Of a stretch of DNA of 32,000 bases, positions 27,546 through 32,000 are shown in pieces. The DNA comes from Legionellaceae bacterium (lineage in GTDB: Bacteria > Pseudomonadota > Gammaproteobacteria > Legionellales > Legionellaceae). Where the stretch lies: the NCBI GenBank assembly GCA_030696305.1, contig JAUYSP010000058.1, positions 1 to 32,000 of the forward strand. Reading direction: 5' to 3'. The number at the start of each line of letters is the position of its first letter. Within the stretch, counting starts at the first letter, position 1. Position numbers and translations under genes: made by a program. Below the pieces are notes generated by a model that was given only the letters and a program-made list of their open reading frames with translations, was not told the DNA's origin and did no database searches.

Positions 27546-28124
27546 ATGAGCAATGTAACAACACTTGATGAGAACGAGCATCTAGTTCATGAAAAACCAG
27601 GCGCACAGTTAGCGGCACAGCGTGCTTTGATGGATTATACTCCCGAATATGTTGCTAGTAAGTTGCATTTACGCGTTCGTATCATCGAGTTACTCGAAGC
27701 CGATGATTATCAAAATATGCCAGAACCTGTATTTATTAAAGGGTATATTCGAGCTTATGCCAAATTATTAGGCATACCTTCTGAGCCGCTATTAGATACA
27801 TTTAACCGCCTCTATTCAGGAGAGCGAAAATTAGAAAAAGCTTTATGGCAAAGTCGACGTGAGACAAATAAAGCAGAACATGTGGTTCGTTGGCTAACAA
27901 CAGTGTTTGCTGTTGCGGTCTTAGTTGCTGTTGCGATGTGGTGGCAAGCGAATAAAGAAAATGAACATATTTTCCCAGCAAATTTAAAGCATGCTGAAGT
28001 ATCGTCCCATAATCAATCCGAAACAGAAATTCGTTTAACGGATCTATCAAAGATGCGCTCACTGCTTTCATCAACTGAACAACATGCTGAAGCAGAAACG
28101 GACATGGAGATCAAAGGTGGTTGA
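27546..28124 (+). CDS. RodZ-like helix-turn-helix membrane protein (short form)
   Basis: HTH domain RALMDYTPEYVASKLHLRVRIIELLEADDYQNMPEPVFIKGYIRAYAKLLGIPSEPLL followed by one TM WLTTVFAVAVLVAVAMWW and only a short periplasmic tail. Confidence 0.82.
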   Translation: MSNVTTLDENEHLVHEKPGAQLAAQRALMDYTPEYVASKLHLRVRIIELLEADDYQNMPEPVFIKGYIRAYAKLLGIPSEPLLDTFNRLYSGERKLEKALWQSRRETNKAEHVVRWLTTVFAVAVLVAVAMWWQANKENEHIFPANLKHAEVSSHNQSETEIRLTDLSKMRSLLSSTEQHAEAETDMEIKGG

Positions 28125-29424
28125 ACGTATTCAAGCCATTCGGGGTATGAACGATATTTTGCCTGAACAAAGTTATGCTTGGCGAAATCTCGAATCCATT
28201 TTTGCACAATGCTTGCAATCCTATGGTTATCAAGAAATTCGTCTTCCATTGTTAGAAAGCACCCAATTGTTTAAACGAACAATAGGGGAAGTGACGGATA
28301 TTGTTGAAAAAGAAATGTATACCTTTAATGATTTGAATGAGGAAAGTATTAGTTTACGTCCGGAAGGCACAGCAGGGTGTGTCAGAGCATGTTTAGAACA
28401 TGGTTTATTACATAATCAACAGCAAAAACTGTGGTACACCGGCCCTATGTTTCGCCATGAAAAACCACAAAAAGGGCGATATCGGCAATTTAATCAATTT
28501 GGTGTTGAGGCTTTTGGAATTCCAGGTGTTGGTATCGAACTTGAATTAATTCTGATTTGTAAACGCTTATGGGCTACTTTAGGTGTGGCTGATTCCGTAC
28601 ATTTAGAGATCAATACATTAGGTGAGCTGTCTGAGCGTCAAGCATATCGACAATTGTTAATTGATTATTTTAAATCTCATAACTCAATGCTTGATGAAGA
28701 TAGTAAACGACGCTTGGATAGAAGCCCAATGCGTATTTTAGATAGTAAAAATCCTGACATGAAATCATTAATACAAAATGCTCCCAAATTAATTGATGTG
28801 TTAAGTGAAACCAGTCGCAATCATTTCAACGAGTTGTGTGCAGGTTTGGATGCTTTAGGGGTTGCCTATCGAGTTAATCCGGTATTGGTTCGTGGTTTAG
28901 ATTATTATGGGCATACCGTATTTGAATGGGTGACAGAGCATCTAGGAAGCCAGGCAACAGTTTGTGCGGGTGGTCGATTTGATAAATTGATAGAACAATT
29001 AGGAGGCAACTCAAGCCCCGCAGTGGGATTTGCTTTAGGTGTTGAGCGATTATTGTTGCTTCAAGAATCAGTAGGTGTAAACTCTCAGCAAGAACCCGCA
29101 TCAGATGTATTTATTATTACAGATGGATTCAATGCATTACAACGAGCGTTAGTCTTAGCTGAATCATTACGAAATGCCTGTGATTTGAATGTAACGGTTA
29201 ATACTAGCGATGCTCGATTTAAAAGCCAATTTAAAAGAGCGGATAAAAGTGGTGCGCGATTAGCACTTATTTTAGGTGAGGATGAATTAACACAACAGAT
29301 AATCGGCGTGAAAGATTTGCGCCAGACAGTAGAACAAAAAAATATAAATCAATCTGATTTAAATGAATACCTTAAGTCTTTTTTTGCAGGAGAGGAACAT
29401 GTCTGTTTACATGACAGAAGCTGA
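28117..29424 (+). CDS. hisS: Histidyl-tRNA synthetase
   Basis: IQAIRGMNDILPEQSYAWRNLE, EVTDIVEKEMYTF, LRPEGTAGCVRACLEH, GPMFRHEKPQKGRYRQFNQFGVEAFG, GLDYYGHTVFEWVT, CAGGRFDKLIEQLGG, PAVGFALGVERLLLL. GTG start at 28117, preceded by TGGAGA; the track start at 28084 is too early. Confidence 0.97.
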   Translation: MVERIQAIRGMNDILPEQSYAWRNLESIFAQCLQSYGYQEIRLPLLESTQLFKRTIGEVTDIVEKEMYTFNDLNEESISLRPEGTAGCVRACLEHGLLHNQQQKLWYTGPMFRHEKPQKGRYRQFNQFGVEAFGIPGVGIELELILICKRLWATLGVADSVHLEINTLGELSERQAYRQLLIDYFKSHNSMLDEDSKRRLDRSPMRILDSKNPDMKSLIQNAPKLIDVLSETSRNHFNELCAGLDALGVAYRVNPVLVRGLDYYGHTVFEWVTEHLGSQATVCAGGRFDKLIEQLGGNSSPAVGFALGVERLLLLQESVGVNSQQEPASDVFIITDGFNALQRALVLAESLRNACDLNVTVNTSDARFKSQFKRADKSGARLALILGEDELTQQIIGVKDLRQTVEQKNINQSDLNEYLKSFFAGEEHVCLHDRS

Positions 29425-30055
29425 ACAAGTTGAGTTAATTAAATCATGGTGGAAACGTTATAATGGCATTATTACCGTGTGTCTGTCGCTTGTTTTGCTT
29501 GTAGTAGCCGGGTTTAAATACTGGCATTGGCATCAAGAAAAAGTGGTTGAACAAGCATCGAATGCATATGAACATCTGATGTTAGCCTTTTCGAATCAGG
29601 ATACTAAATCGGTACGAAGTTATTCTAATCAACTTGTAACGGACTATGGCGATACGGTTTACGCGGATGCTGCTCGTTTAACCTTAGCTAAGCTAGATGT
29701 GGCGAATGAAAAATATAAACGAGCTCGTGAAACATTAGAATATGTTGCTGCTCATTCAAAAATGAAGGTATTTGCTGATGTAGCTCGAATTCGGCTTGCT
29801 AGACTATTAATTGAAGAAAAAGCATACGACAATGCATTGAGCGAGCTGGATAAAGTTATAAATACCGCTTATTTTCCAGTAGTTAATGAGTTGCGTGGTG
29901 ATATTTATTCTGTTACGGGACGTTATCAACAAGCGGTTACTCATTACCGCAAAGCAATGAATGAAGTGCAAAAAAATGGCATGGGTAATTTGTTTCTTGA
30001 AATGAAATCCAATGAATTACTTGCGTTGACAAAGTCTACACAAGTATTAGGTTAA
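29399..30055 (+). CDS. YfgM-like tetratricopeptide/ancillary SecYEG translocon subunit family protein
   Basis: MTEAEQVELIKSWWKRYNGIITVCLSLVLLVVAGFKYWHWHQ (N-terminal cytoplasmic segment plus TM), TPR-like helices; between hisS and bamB as in many gammaproteobacteria. Start chosen at MSVYMTEAEQ. Confidence 0.9.
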   Translation: MSVYMTEAEQVELIKSWWKRYNGIITVCLSLVLLVVAGFKYWHWHQEKVVEQASNAYEHLMLAFSNQDTKSVRSYSNQLVTDYGDTVYADAARLTLAKLDVANEKYKRARETLEYVAAHSKMKVFADVARIRLARLLIEEKAYDNALSELDKVINTAYFPVVNELRGDIYSVTGRYQQAVTHYRKAMNEVQKNGMGNLFLEMKSNELLALTKSTQVLG

Positions 30056-30071
30056 AAGTCAGGGAGGGCTT

Positions 30072-31241
30072 ATGCAAGTTGTACGATTATTAGTTTTATT
30101 GGGGTATTGTATTTTTTTACAAGCTTGTTCGCAGGTAGATGATTATATCTTGGGTAAAGATAATACACCAAAACCTAAAGAGCTCACAGCCATTGTATCT
30201 AAAGTAGATGTAACTAGTGTTTGGTCTAGACCTGTAGGAAAAGCTAGTAAAACAAATACCTATTTGAAATTAAAACCTGTTGTACGATCACAGGTAATTT
30301 ATACGGCAGATGCCAGTGGTTTGATCCAAGCAGCGGATCTGAAAAATGGAAATTTGCTATGGTCAAAACAGGTTGATCATCCTGTAGTCAGTGGCCCAAC
30401 TATTGCCGAAGGATATATTATTGTTGGTACAGATTCCTCTACGATTGTATTACTTAAGCAAGCTACGGGACAAGTTGTCTGGGAAGCTCATTTGTCCGAA
30501 GATGCCTTATCCAAATCAATTATTGTTAATCATCAAGTAATTGCTAAAACGATCGATGGCAATTTATACGCATTTGACCTAGCAACAGGTAAGAAAAATT
30601 GGGTTTCTAAGCATGGTGCGCCTAATTTAATATTGAAAGCAAGTTCTTCACCGATTCGCATGGGCGAGTTAATCTTAGTTGGATTTTCAGATGGAAAACT
30701 TGATGCTGTTGATGTAAATACTGGCCGTGTAGTTTGGCAACGTAGTATTGCATATGCAACCGGCGCAAGTGATGTGGAGCGTTTAGTTGATATTGATGCC
30801 GACCCAATCGTGCGTAATAACATCGTTTATTTAGCAAGTTATCAAGGTTATGTTGGCGCATTAGGCTTAGAGAATGGTCAATTTATTTGGAATAAACCCG
30901 GTTCGGTTTATAAAAATATGGCAATTGATTCAAATACATTATATGTAACCGATAGCCAAGATGTGCTGCGAGGATTTGATCTGAATAATGGTCAAGTTAA
31001 ATGGAAGCAAATTTCATTAAAAGCACATGGTTTGACCGAACCAGTACTAATGGGCAATCGATTGATTGTTTGTGATAAAACAGGCTATTTACACGTTGTT
31101 TCAACACATACAGGGGAACTTGTCGGACGTAAGAAACTAGGGTCCGCTGTGAACATTTCCCCCGTGGTTGCTGGTGACACAGTGTATGTAATGTTAGCCA
31201 ATGGTTCATTACAGGCGTTGAAGATTACTTCTAAAATCTGA
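30072..31241 (+). CDS. bamB: Outer membrane protein assembly factor BamB
   Basis: Lipoprotein signal VRLLVLLGYCIFLQAC; beta-propeller repeats LKNGNLLWSKQVDHPVVSGPTIAEGYIIVGTDSSTIVLLKQATGQVVWE, IADGNLYAFDLATGKKNW, QVWIWQRSIAYATG-type pattern (GRVVWQRSIAYATGASDVERLVDIDADPIV). Confidence 0.96.
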   Translation: MQVVRLLVLLGYCIFLQACSQVDDYILGKDNTPKPKELTAIVSKVDVTSVWSRPVGKASKTNTYLKLKPVVRSQVIYTADASGLIQAADLKNGNLLWSKQVDHPVVSGPTIAEGYIIVGTDSSTIVLLKQATGQVVWEAHLSEDALSKSIIVNHQVIAKTIDGNLYAFDLATGKKNWVSKHGAPNLILKASSSPIRMGELILVGFSDGKLDAVDVNTGRVVWQRSIAYATGASDVERLVDIDADPIVRNNIVYLASYQGYVGALGLENGQFIWNKPGSVYKNMAIDSNTLYVTDSQDVLRGFDLNNGQVKWKQISLKAHGLTEPVLMGNRLIVCDKTGYLHVVSTHTGELVGRKKLGSAVNISPVVAGDTVYVMLANGSLQALKITSKI

Positions 31242-31250
31242 AGCAACGTC

Positions 31251-31326
31251 ATCCCGAACGTAGTGAGGGATCTCCGAAATTTGACGCGGATCAAGTCAGT
31301 TGGAGATCCCTCACTGCGTTCGGGAT
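31251..31326. repeat. Near-perfect inverted repeat (palindromic intergenic repeat element)
   Basis: Left arm atcccgaacgtagtgagggatctcc (31251-31275); right arm ggagatccctcactgcgttcgggat (31302-31326). 24 of 25 positions complementary, 26 nt spacer. Confidence 0.9.
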
Positions 31327-31416
31327 AGCGTATCTGGGGAGTTACGTTTAGCTTTATTCCGGTACTTCTTCCGGACGGTTCATCCGAGATATTATTACTA
31401 CCAATTCAATATGTGT

Positions 31417-32000
31417 TCAATCGCTTAATGGCCACCGCGCTTTAACATCAATTGCAAGCGTATTATCTTGATTACCTTTTAGTAGATGCATGCAGCCGGT
31501 GTAGGCAATCATGGCTCCGTTATCCGTACAATACTCTAAACGAGGAAAATAGACATTGCCATTAAGTGAGGTCATCATGTCTAACAATCGTGATCGCAAT
31601 GCCTGATTAGCTCCTACGCCACCGGCTACTACCAACCGGTTATGCCTGGTTTGTTGAAGGGCGCGTTTACATTTAATAATTAATGTTTCCACTACGGCAT
31701 CTTGAAAAGCTTTTGCAATGCCTTGGCGTGAACAATCGCTTTGGTCACTTTGCCGCCAAGCAGTTAGGGCGTGAGTTTTTAAACCACTGAAACTAAAGTC
31801 TAATCCAGGCCGATCAGTCATAGGCCTGGGGAAGGGAGGGAATAACGGGGTTTGCTCCGATGCCATATCCGCCAATTTTGCGAGCGCAGCACCTCCTGGA
31901 TAAGGTAATCCCATGAGTTTAGCTGTTTTATCAAATGCTTCTCCAACAGCGTCATCCAAGGTATCGCCTAACAATTGATAATCTCCTAAAGCACGAGCTT
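31417..32000 (-). CDS. tsaD: tRNA N6-adenosine threonylcarbamoyltransferase TsaD (partial, runs off right edge)
   Basis: [90 protein letters not shown]. Frame open past the track start at 31974 to the window edge. Confidence 0.96.
   Translation of the reverse strand, partial: ARALGDYQLLGDTLDDAVGEAFDKTAKLMGLPYPGGAALAKLADMASEQTPLFPPFPRPMTDRPGLDFSFSGLKTHALTAWRQSDQSDCSRQGIAKAFQDAVVETLIIKCKRALQQTRHNRLVVAGGVGANQALRSRLLDMMTSLNGNVYFPRLEYCTDNGAMIAYTGCMHLLKGNQDNTLAIDVKARWPLSD

Noticed and set aside
27802-28249. 90 aa and 78 aa reverse ORFs antisense to rodZ/hisS
   Set aside because: Antisense to conserved domains.
1-32000. CRISPR array, complete prophage or recognisable defence island
   Set aside because: No regularly spaced direct repeats, cas genes, capsid/terminase/tail genes, restriction-modification or toxin-antitoxin motifs were seen in the translated ORFs.

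Overview
This 32 kb window looks like the chromosome of an AT-rich gammaproteobacterium, possibly Legionellales-like. That placement is inferred from gene content and synteny, not from any search. Most of the window is housekeeping: bcp, phrB, tRNA-Leu(CAA), a 2-oxo-acid decarboxylase, a purB-nadB-nadA-maf operon, ubiC-ubiA, deoC, a hotdog thioesterase, ndk-rlmN, pilW/pilF, rodZ-like, hisS, yfgM-like, bamB and a partial tsaD. Between these are accessory patches: (a) a left-end operon of large orphan proteins (340 aa, 892 aa and a gene running off the edge); (b) next to it, a fossil C-terminus of a phage/P4-type tyrosine recombinase that is not in the supplied ORF annotation as such; (c) a roughly 2 kb segment with a 478 aa orphan gene, lying between an intact tRNA-Leu and a same-orientation, decayed copy of its 3' end, consistent with a small tRNA-targeted islet; (d) unusual domain fusions (GrpB+GNAT; Nudix-like+DUF2608/HAD-like) and a divergent arylamine N-acetyltransferase-fold protein; (e) palindromic intergenic repeats at about 21.03-21.11 kb and 31.25-31.33 kb. 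I see no CRISPR array, no complete prophage and no clearly recognisable defence system. The best candidates for undescribed biology are the left-end operon next to the integrase fossil, the tRNA-Leu islet gene, and the Nudix-DUF2608 fusion.
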